Source of the DNA: Nematocida ausubeli
Lineage: Eukaryota
Reading direction: 5' to 3'
Assembly (NCBI RefSeq): GCF_000738915.1
Contig: NW_026515639.1
Location: 62,001 to 90,058, forward strand
Length of the DNA stretch: 28,058 nucleotides
Shown: in pieces, positions 1-8,448 of the stretch
How the letters are laid out: the number at the start of each line of letters is the position of its first letter
How positions within the stretch are numbered: position 1 is the stretch's first letter
Translations under genes and position numbers: made by a program
The notes under the pieces: generated by a model
What the model was told of the DNA's origin: nothing
The model's input: only the letters and a program-made list of their open reading frames with translations
Databases searched by the model: none

Positions 1-1568
1 CCTGTGCTGTATTCAAATGGATTGAAATAGTTCAGGAATAGTTCAAGCTCTTCTTCTTTGTGCTCCACCAGATGATGAAGAATTTCTTTTATGAGCGAGA
101 ACAGAGTCTGCGCCAGCTCTGCACTTACCTCACTGGAGGGTCTCTTCTCTATGACCTCTTTACTCTTGTTTAGGTCACTGTAGTTCTCATTCGTATTCAT
201 ATCACCCTCTCTGTTTATCTGCAGGCCGCCTTCTTCTTGCAGTAGATCACTTTGTGTTAGATTTATGCTCTGAAGAGAAAATACTTCAGATTGGTTGTTT
301 AAAGAAGCAGTAATAGGGGCAGTTGAGATATTTGATGGATTTAGAGTGGATGGTCCTGCTCCTAGAGTACTATTACTGGGCTGCTGCGGGTTCTTCATCT
401 GCACAGTCTTTACAAGAGAGTCCAAGAAGGAGAGAATTCCTTGCTTTGAATGCTTCTCCGTTTTGAACGTGTACATAACTTTGTCTTTGAACTCCCCCAG
501 AGAAACAAGACCCTCCTGCACGTATGCAAAGTAAGCAGCAAGAAGAATTTCGCACAGATCTGGGGACTTTCGCTCTGGCAGGACATTAAACATGTTCTTT
601 ACATCTGACAGAAATAAGGAAGGGTTTGTGTTGTACTTTGACTCTCTTAAGAGTTTGAAGATGTGCAGCCGTGTCTCCTCCACATCTATGCTGTATACAT
701 CAGCACTGTATTTCTCGAATATACTTAGCTTTTGGTTTAGTCCGTGCTGCAGCAGCAGAAGAAGGTTTCTGTATATGTGCCCGTGCTTATTTCTCTCTCT
801 GTGCTCCTCCAGTGTCCGAATAAATCCTGTATTCACAAGCTCCTTTTCGCATCTCTTATACAACTTCTGTACGAACGGAAGGATCTCTGCAGACGAGAAG
901 TCGCAAGCCTCAAAGAGTGGAAACATCCCAATAAGCTGCAGCTTCCCTAAATACTTCAGCCGTGCGCATATTGCAACTGCCCTTCGCATGAGCCCTGCAA
1001 TAGGTCTTTTTTCCTGCTGGTAGCACTCGCATAGCAAAGCCAGTGTGTTCACCAGATACTTTACGTCTCTTAGAGACATCATCTCCGCAAATGCATTTGT
1101 ATTTGATGAAATCATCTTCAAATAGAAGAACCTCACTTGCTTATTTCTGTTCTTCAGAAGGTCTATAATGGTTTTCGTTATAATATGCAGGTTTATATTT
1201 TCACTTGTTAAAGCCGTCACATTCCTGAAGACAAATGAAACTACATGCTGCCTAATTCGCCTGTCTTTATCACGGATCCGTCCTTCTATGTACGGAAATA
1301 TTTCAACAATCCTTTCTGGGTGGTTCTTAACTATTTTGTCGTAGAGGGCTGTGATCACTAAGGAATATACAACGCGAATGCTCCTAATTTTACTTCCCCC
1401 TAGAGACTCTGCTTTTTCTGCTATGTTTGTTTTCTCAACTGATTCAATAACATCTTCTGTTAACTTTGCTGCTATTTCTGATGGGTCTGTTTTTTCGCTT
1501 ATTTCCATCTGAAGCAGATGCGACAGCTCTAGCAGCTGCTCTTCGCCGTACTCTTTCAAATCGTGCAT
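1..1568 (-). CDS. Alpha-helical HEAT/ARM-like protein, probable cohesin subunit Scc3/STAG homologue (3' partial, >522 aa)
   Basis: Not in the ORF track because no stop is reached. ATG at 1568 (MHDLKEYGEEQLLELSH...) and the frame stays open to the window edge (...ELFLNYFNPFEYST). EIFPYIEGRIRDKDRRIRQHVV...KTIIDLLKNRNKQVRFFYLKMI matches the pattern and spacing of the stromalin conserved domain (IF..I..R.RD....IR ... L.DR..EVR...LK). The CDS is near certain; the family call is about 0.45. Confidence 0.85.
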   Translation of the reverse strand, partial: MHDLKEYGEEQLLELSHLLQMEISEKTDPSEIAAKLTEDVIESVEKTNIAEKAESLGGSKIRSIRVVYSLVITALYDKIVKNHPERIVEIFPYIEGRIRDKDRRIRQHVVSFVFRNVTALTSENINLHIITKTIIDLLKNRNKQVRFFYLKMISSNTNAFAEMMSLRDVKYLVNTLALLCECYQQEKRPIAGLMRRAVAICARLKYLGKLQLIGMFPLFEACDFSSAEILPFVQKLYKRCEKELVNTGFIRTLEEHRERNKHGHIYRNLLLLLQHGLNQKLSIFEKYSADVYSIDVEETRLHIFKLLRESKYNTNPSLFLSDVKNMFNVLPERKSPDLCEILLAAYFAYVQEGLVSLGEFKDKVMYTFKTEKHSKQGILSFLDSLVKTVQMKNPQQPSNSTLGAGPSTLNPSNISTAPITASLNNQSEVFSLQSINLTQSDLLQEEGGLQINREGDMNTNENYSDLNKSKEVIEKRPSSEVSAELAQTLFSLIKEILHHLVEHKEEELELFLNYFNPFEYST

Positions 1569-1616
1569 TAAAATTAAAAAAACAAGAAATTATAACATAA
1601 AATATTAACAATTGAG

Positions 1617-1688
1617 TCTCTCAGATATGTTTTAGGTAGCATTGTTTCTCCTCATGGAATCAGACAAACGCGATTATCCTCATTGAGA
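1617..1688 (-). ncRNA. Box C/D snoRNA, candidate snR13/SNORD15(U15)-like guide for LSU rRNA 2'-O-methylation
   Basis: Minus strand reads TCTC-a-ATGAGGA(C)-taatcgcgtttgt-CTGA(D')-ttcc-ATGAGGA(C')-gaaacaatgctacctaaaacatat-CTGA(D)-GAGA. All four boxes are in canonical order, with a 4-bp terminal stem TCTC/GAGA in k-turn register. GCGTTTG and GCTACCT are complementary to adjacent parts of the conserved LSU segment AGGUAGC-CAAAUGC. Confidence 0.75.
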
Positions 1689-1737
1689 AAGGCAATATAA
1701 ACAAAAAGTGGTTAGTTTGTCGTGATGTTATTTGCAT

Positions 1738-1770
1738 GGGGTAAAAATAATTAAATAAATAAATAAAATT
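1738..1770 (-). promoter_or_regulatory. Microsporidian-type core promoter signature (AT tract followed by CCCC)
   Basis: Minus strand aattttatttatttatttaattattttta-CCCC-atg, about 50 nt upstream of the snoRNA candidate and 170 nt upstream of the 1568 ATG. Confidence 0.5.
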
Positions 1771-2571
1771 TCAAGAAAACCCGCCTGCAGTAGAGAAATA
1801 TTTAGTAGAAATGATCTGCAGCAAATTCTTTTCTGTGAAAAGTGTATATATTACGCATGGGTTTTGCTTACTTTTTTGCAATGCCTGGTGTGTTGTGTAA
1901 TCCACTGGGCTATTTAGTTCTATTTCATTTTTTAGCTGATTTTTATTCTGGATATAACCCGAATTCTGGATATTCCAGTTTGTTCAACTGTATGCGGGTG
2001 TCCTCTTTATGAATCTGTACTGTAACCTCTGTTCTCTAGTGATTTAGGTTATACTATATTTCAAATGATTTTTACTCTGTTTCACTAAAGATAGTTAACT
2101 GTGCACTATGCATGCTCTGTACTTTTATTCTTTGTTAAAGTCTCTGGTGCATCTATTAATTGTAATTATTCTTTTTGTTCTGTCTGTAGTATCTATTCTG
2201 TCTGTAGTGTCTGACAAAATTATGTATTTACATGATTAAATACCTCAGTAAGATGTTTTATTCTCATATATACAGATGCACCGGCAAGTTATTGCACACT
2301 AAGAAGAAGGATATTTACTTTAAAACTGCTGAAAGAGTGGGAGCTTTCCTTAAGTAAATAACTAAGTAAATAAGGACCTGTGTGGTAAAATGCATGTATA
2401 CTGTTTCCATAATACTTTCTGCCTTTATATATGTATATCCTAGCTTATTTTATAATATTCAGGCGTACTTTATATTTTGTTTATTTTACAGAAGAAGTTT
2501 TATTTCAATACGTATACATTCTCAGTAGAAATGAAGAGTTTACAGTCAAAAATAAAAATAGATGCATAAAG

Positions 2572-2620
2572 AGATAGACTGTATACGGAATAACCAGATA
2601 GACTGTATACGGAATAACCA
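2572..2620. repeat. Perfect 24-bp tandem duplication
   Basis: agatagactgtatacggaataacc occurs twice (2572-2595 and 2596-2619). Confidence 0.95.
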
Positions 2621-2769
2621 AAGAGCATTAAGAATACAATCAAGAAAAACACCCTGAATAAATAGAGTCAATTAGGCAGATTGAATGAGAGTGCAGTTAC
2701 ACATCTAGAACAAAGCAATTTAGGCGATATTTTCAGCAAGAACAGAAGAAACACATAGAATAGTGCTAA

Positions 2770-2969
2770 TTCTTCGCCTGTCATGTACTTCTTCCGACAT
2801 ATCTTTATATTCTCTCGTGATTTATGCTAAATATATTTATGTACTGCAGTATAGAGAGTGCTAGTAACCACTAACCACTAGAGCACAGAGACAGGAAAAT
2901 AAAAGTGCAAGAAAAGAAAGGCTATGCTAACAAACAGACATACATAGCAAGATGTAATCTGAATGAGTA
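2770..2969 (+). repeat. ~200-bp dispersed intergenic repeat, copy 1
   Basis: Aligns in direct orientation with 10157-10353. Shared blocks include catatctttatattctct, agacaggaaaataaaagtgcaagaaaagaaaggctatgctaacaaa and agcaagatgtaatctgaatgagta. Confidence 0.95.
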
Positions 2970-3408
2970 AAAATAATATAAATAATTAGACTAGACGCAT
3001 AAATATGCACTGTATATCTTAAAGGTACCTGCATTATCTAAAACTCTACTTAGATTAGAGACAGATTAAGTTTCTTCTTAAAGAGAAGTAGCTAATTCTT
3101 TCTACATTTAACACAAAGATATTTATTTGCAAGCACCATCTCAGCATACCATAGCATACGATATTAATACACTGCAGTAATTAGTATGGAAAAATACACC
3201 ATATACGCATAAATAGGCAGGTCTTCTTGCTGCTCCATGTGGTGCAGTAAATTAAATAGGAAGCAGCCATCTAAGTGATAAACTGCAAGTCTTATACGGG
3301 TACTCCACAGTAGCATAATACCCGAATAACCCGAGTTCTAATATAGTGTATAGTATAGTGCGTACAAGTGTGCACAGAATTAACTAGTCGTGTAAACATC
3401 AGTGTGGT

Positions 3409-3978
3409 TTATTTTAATGGCTTTTTGTTTTTCTTTCCCTTCTTATCATGCACTACTGTAAACCCATCGCTATCAGAGTCAACTTCTTCCTTACACACTG
3501 TCTTTTTAATAGGCTTTTGTTCTTTGAACTGCTCTTGCTGGTGCACTGCGGTGTAGGTCACCTGTTCCTCCTTTTCTTTCTGCTTCTTCTTCTTTGTCTT
3601 CTGCTCAACGGTAATCCACTCATCGGCTGCTGCAGGCTCATCTGCTGCCGGTGCCTCCTCTACAATAAAGTTTCCTTGTTCGTCAAACCGGCCAGCCACT
3701 TCCTCCTTTGTGTCCCAGTCCTCAGGCTCCTCGGGTTCCTCCCTGGGTTTTTCCACTTTTGCATCCTTTACTTTTTTCTTCGCAAAGAGACTGTGCATGC
3801 AGCCTCTTTCCTTCGCTGAGGGCGGGTGTGAAATGTTCAGCTCCTGTGGATCTGGAACAATCACGTCAGATTCTTCGTTTAGGTATGCAGGAATTGCCTC
3901 CTGCAGCTTGCTAATCTGTAAGTATGCGTCTTCAATTGCATTGAATCTTCGTTCTATTTCTTCTGCTGGCTTCATCAT
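3409..3978 (-). CDS. Hypothetical charged, low-complexity protein (~189 aa) with a GIGYF-like PEDW...G.FD..G.F motif
   Basis: The track starts this ORF at GTG 4047, but 3979-4047 is T-rich and UTR-like, so ATG 3978 (MMKPAEE) is preferred; ATG 4023 is an alternative. The tail is E/K-rich. Confidence 0.8.
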   Translation of the reverse strand: MMKPAEEIERRFNAIEDAYLQISKLQEAIPAYLNEESDVIVPDPQELNISHPPSAKERGCMHSLFAKKKVKDAKVEKPREEPEEPEDWDTKEEVAGRFDEQGNFIVEEAPAADEPAAADEWITVEQKTKKKKQKEKEEQVTYTAVHQQEQFKEQKPIKKTVCKEEVDSDSDGFTVVHDKKGKKNKKPLK

Positions 3979-4094
3979 AATAAACAAGAAAAGAAAGTTT
4001 TGTAGTAAAATAGTATGTGACATTTTTATGTAAAGTACAGAAGCCACGTGTATGCACCCGAATATAATAGGGGTTCTTTTTATATGAAGGGCAT

Positions 4095-5216
4095 TTACAT
4101 TGTGTTCATAATGGTGGCAGTCATTGGGAATAGGTCTTTAGCACTGCAGAGCAGCTTGAGAATCTTCCATGACTCTGGGACAAGAGAGTTCTTGCAGAAG
4201 GAGTAGTCAATAGGGACTGTGTTATACTCAAATGACCCACAAACAACAAGATATATCAGAAGAATTGTAAACAGATGGGTATAGTTCCTTGTGGGCCTGT
4301 CAATTGAGTAGAAATTCACTTCGAGTGTGCAGAACAGGAACACAGGCATAAATGCAGCATACTTTAAGAGTAGCTGACTGCGGTGCTCAGAAGAAAGCAT
4401 CACTATGTACAAAAAGAGGATGCAAACCATTTTACATAGAAAAAACAAAGTTAGTATTGCTATCCGAATATATCTAAAGGATACGCCCCTCCAGGATGTC
4501 TTCTTGTGCATTATCTTTGTATTCCGTGATGTGATTAGGCTGGTGGTACTCCTCTTTTCTTTAAGTAAATCAAGACACATTTTCATTTCTACACTATGTG
4601 AATTTTTCCTGCATTCGATTACAGTTGCCCCTGGGGGATTATTATAACTGGGTGAGTTAGAGGGTTCTGCATTGGTGCTTTCTTTTTTCTGTTTAGATGT
4701 ATTTTTATCAAGGCGCACGTACTTGCCGCTATTGAGATCTGCAGCTGCAGTCTGTGGGATATCAACCAGCAAAAAGGTTGAGAGAGCCTCTTCAAGTGTC
4801 TTTGGGTTTTCAGCATCATTTGAGATTGGGATTTCTCCTTTAAGGATGTACTTAATTGGCTTGACAACTGCTAGATTTAAGAGGCCATTTAAAGCAGCTA
4901 CAATTGATATGTAAACAATGTATATCCCAATGGCAGGCCACAGGTAGACACTGTAGATTAGCTCAGCATGCAAGAGAATCTGTTCAGAGTACATGCAGAA
5001 CAGAAGGATGAGCGAGAATATTTCAAGAAATCCGCATGGAAAAATAATAAGAGTGGAAATTGATACTGCCAGGCTTATTGAGTAGACATCGCAGGGAATA
5101 CATATAAACAGAATGGGAAGGAGGGATATTTGCGAAATATTCATGTTTCTGTCCTGGATTAGCCAAATTAGTGCACTTCGAATAAAACTCATGATGTCTT
5201 CTAATTGGGCACCCAT
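4095..5216 (-). CDS. Hypothetical multi-pass membrane protein (~373 aa)
   Basis: Long ORF with N- and C-terminal hydrophobic segments around a hydrophilic loop. First ATG is at 5216, preceded by GGGG-ca; the track start at 5234 is not ATG. Confidence 0.8.
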   Translation of the reverse strand: MGAQLEDIMSFIRSALIWLIQDRNMNISQISLLPILFICIPCDVYSISLAVSISTLIIFPCGFLEIFSLILLFCMYSEQILLHAELIYSVYLWPAIGIYIVYISIVAALNGLLNLAVVKPIKYILKGEIPISNDAENPKTLEEALSTFLLVDIPQTAAADLNSGKYVRLDKNTSKQKKESTNAEPSNSPSYNNPPGATVIECRKNSHSVEMKMCLDLLKEKRSTTSLITSRNTKIMHKKTSWRGVSFRYIRIAILTLFFLCKMVCILFLYIVMLSSEHRSQLLLKYAAFMPVFLFCTLEVNFYSIDRPTRNYTHLFTILLIYLVVCGSFEYNTVPIDYSFCKNSLVPESWKILKLLCSAKDLFPMTATIMNTM

Positions 5217-5271
5217 TGCCCCTTGGTAAAGCACGAATATAAAATAGAGAAATGTGATATTATGGGTTTAG

Positions 5272-5595
5272 ATGCCTTTAGATGCGTTTTCGGAGATAAA
5301 GCAGGCTGAAAAGTCGCACACAAAGAACGAGCAGAAGGAGCATCTTGCTGCAGTGAAGGAAACCCTTGGGCACTTCCTAAAGAAAGAGAGCAAAATACCG
5401 AATTTGCACGATATGTACAGTAAAATAGAGGAGATTGAAAAGGAGCAGGAGAAAGCAAAGGATTTAGTAAGAATATCCCCAGAGATAATTGAGAAAATAA
5501 AAGCATTCTCAGAGCTGCCTGCAGTGAAAAGGACTGCAGAGACACGGCAATCTACCCAGAAGTACTGCAGAACCCTGTTTGACTACACAGAGTGA
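5272..5595 (+). CDS. Hypothetical 107-aa charged helical protein
   Basis: ATG-initiated, purine-rich coding-like composition, divergent from the 5216 start across 55 bp. Confidence 0.75.
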   Translation: MPLDAFSEIKQAEKSHTKNEQKEHLAAVKETLGHFLKKESKIPNLHDMYSKIEEIEKEQEKAKDLVRISPEIIEKIKAFSELPAVKRTAETRQSTQKYCRTLFDYTE

Positions 5596-5756
5596 AGTAG
5601 GCCAGACAGACTGAAAGCACAAAATAAGTGCATGTGAGGGGCAGTTGCAGTGTTTTTGAGATAGCCAAATTAAGTTGATAGAAAGAACAGCTTATTCTGG
5701 CTACATCTTTATATGGCATGTGTCTTAAATTAAATAAATATAACTTGAATATACTA

Positions 5757-5908
5757 AATATAACCAGAATATAACCAGATATAACCAGATATAACCAGAA
5801 TATAATGGAATATAACTAGAATATAACCAGAATATAATGGAATATAACTAGAATATAACCAGAGTATAACCCAGAATATAATGGAATATAACCAGAATAT
5901 AATGGAAT
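5757..5908. repeat. Minisatellite, 14 units of 10-12 bp (AATATAACCAG / AATATAATGG / AATATAACTAG)
   Basis: Directly visible. It includes a 32-bp higher-order unit (aatataatgg-aatataactag-aatataaccag) repeated twice. Confidence 0.95.
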
Positions 5909-6547
5909 GTGCACTGAGAGTGTGCTCTTGTGTGGTTAGTAGCCATTTGAAGTCTTTATAGATCATAGTGATATTACATCTTTATTTTCAGTATATATTT
6001 AGAAGTTGTTTTAACTGTGCATACAGCAGTGCTAAAGAGAGAAAAACTTCTTTTGGAGTTGACATGTGGATGCATGTGCATGTATGTGCATATGGCCTAA
6101 GTGAACATATAATACTACGGTGCACATAGTCATACAGCAAATAAATACTGTATGTGCAACAAAAAGCTATTCAGCCTGACTAAGTAGTCGTGCAAATAGG
6201 TTCTTCTACCCAGATGTGCTCTAAAAGGAATAAAGTGCAGTTTACACAAAAAGTACTTTTAAAACAATGCATTTTTGAGCGAAAAAAATAAACCAATAGC
6301 TGTGTGCAGGCAAAATACGTTTTCAGCCCAAAAGTTCTGGCCTATCTGCGAATAAAAACCATACAAATTTCCAGAAAAGTGAAAAACCAATTAAAACAAA
6401 TATTTCCTAATTTAGAAGTAAAATATTTATTCGCGCAGAAAGATAGATCCAAATAATGTATTTGTGCAGTTTAAGGAGAACTGCAAGAAAGTGCAGGAAC
6501 AGCCAGGACTTATGACAAAAAACCAAATATTAAGGGGTTGAGTGCAG

Positions 6548-6590
6548 TTTTAAATAAATAAATAGAAAATATTTTTTCATCCCCTAGCAA
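6548..6590 (+). promoter_or_regulatory. AT tract plus CCCC start-proximal motif
   Basis: ttttaaataaataaatagaaaatattttttcat-CCCC-tagcaa-ATG. The same signature occurs at 8446-8448 (ccc-ATG). Confidence 0.6.
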
Positions 6591-7814
6591 ATGCAAACAC
6601 AAACACAGACGCAGAGAGTGAGAGCAAAAGAGACAAAAAAATTAATCTACACAGGATGCAGTGCAGCCGCAGTGGTGGCAGTGATAGCATATGTTATATG
6701 CACAGTGTACTTCAAGTTCTTTATGGTAGACGAGAAGACCATGGGAACCCTTTTCTACTCATGGAGAGTGGAGGGAGCAGACGAGTCTGCTCTAAAGGAG
6801 AAAATGGACAAGTTCAACGTAGTGAAGGGACAGGAAGATATGAAGGAGCTTATGGAGTCATACATAAAAGACTCATATCCAATCCATCTGCCACGGTTCA
6901 TTGCAAATCATCTTACATTTGCATACCCAAACATAGATCTATTCCTTGGGTTCAGAAAGAGCATTGTAAGTGCAGAGGCAAAGGCAAACGAGACAAAGTT
7001 CAGCAAGGACGTTATTGGAAAGTACAACAAGATTGTTAACCAAGTTATGTTCTACAACCCAGATAACTGGGAGGGAACAGACCTGCTTAAGAAGACCTTT
7101 GAGAAACACTTCAATGGACTAAAGACCGATGAACAGAGGGAACTTATGAGAAGTGTCACTATAAAGATGATTGATTTTGTTGAGAACATGTTCAGTAACA
7201 GCAGTTTTGCATACGATGGTGTGAACCCCTCAGAGAAGGCAGTTGATGGACTTGCAGACATAATCTACACAATAATTAAGAGTGGACACGTTGGTGATGA
7301 CAAGTTCAACCAGTATCTAGATGATAATGAGGACTTAGACAGATTCCTTAAGAAGAACAGCCTTTACGAGATTGAGGATAAGAAGGAGTTCAGCAGAATC
7401 CTCTCTGAGAAATTCTTTACACAGGCCACCAGCGGAGTACTCTACCCATACTTCTCATACGGATACTCAACCATGCTAAACACTATTGTCTACCTGTGCC
7501 TTGACTTAAACGATCTGGAGTACAACTCTTCTTTCGACCTGGAGGTAGATGAGAACATTAAGCCTTTGGCTGAAATCCAGCAGAAGGGATCCTCCAAGAT
7601 CTCAGCAATTGGATCTGCAGTTGCCTACGGAATGGCAAAGAACCTCTCACCAACCGAGGAAGTTGGCACAGACACAGTTAAGAGCCAGAGAAACCCAATT
7701 GTGTTCACACTGTTCACATCAAAGCTTGCAAACTCTGCTGAAAATGACGAGGAGAACTTGGCCAAAATCTTAAAGCATATTAAGAGCAAGAAGGATCTTA
7801 TTAAAGGTCTTTAA
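6591..7814 (+). CDS. Hypothetical 407-aa type II membrane-anchored protein
   Basis: Long ORF with a basic N-terminus, one hydrophobic segment (aa ~18-44), CCCC before the ATG and strong codon bias. Confidence 0.92.
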   Translation: MQTQTQTQRVRAKETKKLIYTGCSAAAVVAVIAYVICTVYFKFFMVDEKTMGTLFYSWRVEGADESALKEKMDKFNVVKGQEDMKELMESYIKDSYPIHLPRFIANHLTFAYPNIDLFLGFRKSIVSAEAKANETKFSKDVIGKYNKIVNQVMFYNPDNWEGTDLLKKTFEKHFNGLKTDEQRELMRSVTIKMIDFVENMFSNSSFAYDGVNPSEKAVDGLADIIYTIIKSGHVGDDKFNQYLDDNEDLDRFLKKNSLYEIEDKKEFSRILSEKFFTQATSGVLYPYFSYGYSTMLNTIVYLCLDLNDLEYNSSFDLEVDENIKPLAEIQQKGSSKISAIGSAVAYGMAKNLSPTEEVGTDTVKSQRNPIVFTLFTSKLANSAENDEENLAKILKHIKSKKDLIKGL

Positions 7815-8448
7815 TTCAGATAATACAAAAGCACAACAGATATAAAGCTGTTAAACACACGTAGCAGATATCAGAAGGTAAGGTTAAATAAAAGGTCTAT
7901 TGAGGAATGATTCTGGTTTATATCGATCGAATTGATAACAGAAGAGCTTTATATTGACTGGAGGCGGTATCCTGCACCCAGCCGCACACACAGAGTGCAT
8001 AGAGACATCTGCTAAGAGAGTAAGCTAGAAGAGTACTGCTCAGAGCATGGTAAAGAGTGAGGATAGAGCGTGCATGTGCATGCCTTTCTCTGGGAAGGCT
8101 CTATTTAGTAAAGTAAACAAAGTGCGTCTGTTCTCATCATAAATAAACAGTCGGGTTATATTATTTGAATTATGCTATTATATGGAGAGGCGGGTTTCTG
8201 CTCAACCTGCATTACGTGCTATTCTGTGTATAGTAATATACCATATCCGCATTCTTGTAAAAGTGCATCTGCGTGACTAATGGAGTTCTCATCTGCACAA
8301 ACTTCGGGTTATTTGACCCCAGATGCCTTCGTGTTAAGGATGTAGTGTGTACAGAGTGTGGGAATGAGAGTATCCAGCCTGTGCAGCAGGGCGCAGCCAG
8401 AGAGGAAAACCCCAAAAGATTTTAAACTTTTATTTTCTGCATAATCCC

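Noticed and set aside
295..1023. Plus-strand ORFs of 68-143 aa
   Set aside because: Antisense to the long open minus-strand CDS (1-1568).
3990..4075. Possible H/ACA-like hairpin upstream of the 3978 gene
   Set aside because: Single weak hairpin with no H box or second hairpin.
5757..5908. CRISPR or telomere array
   Set aside because: Units are 10-12 bp with no unique spacers, there are no cas genes, the context is eukaryotic, and the unit is not TTAGG(G).
5754..5966. 70-aa Y/I/W-rich ORF
   Set aside because: Translation of the minisatellite.
8264..8420. Stem-loops and GAGGAAAACCCC resembling an RNase P/MRP conserved region
   Set aside because: No matching CR-V/P4 partner and no room before the next CDS.
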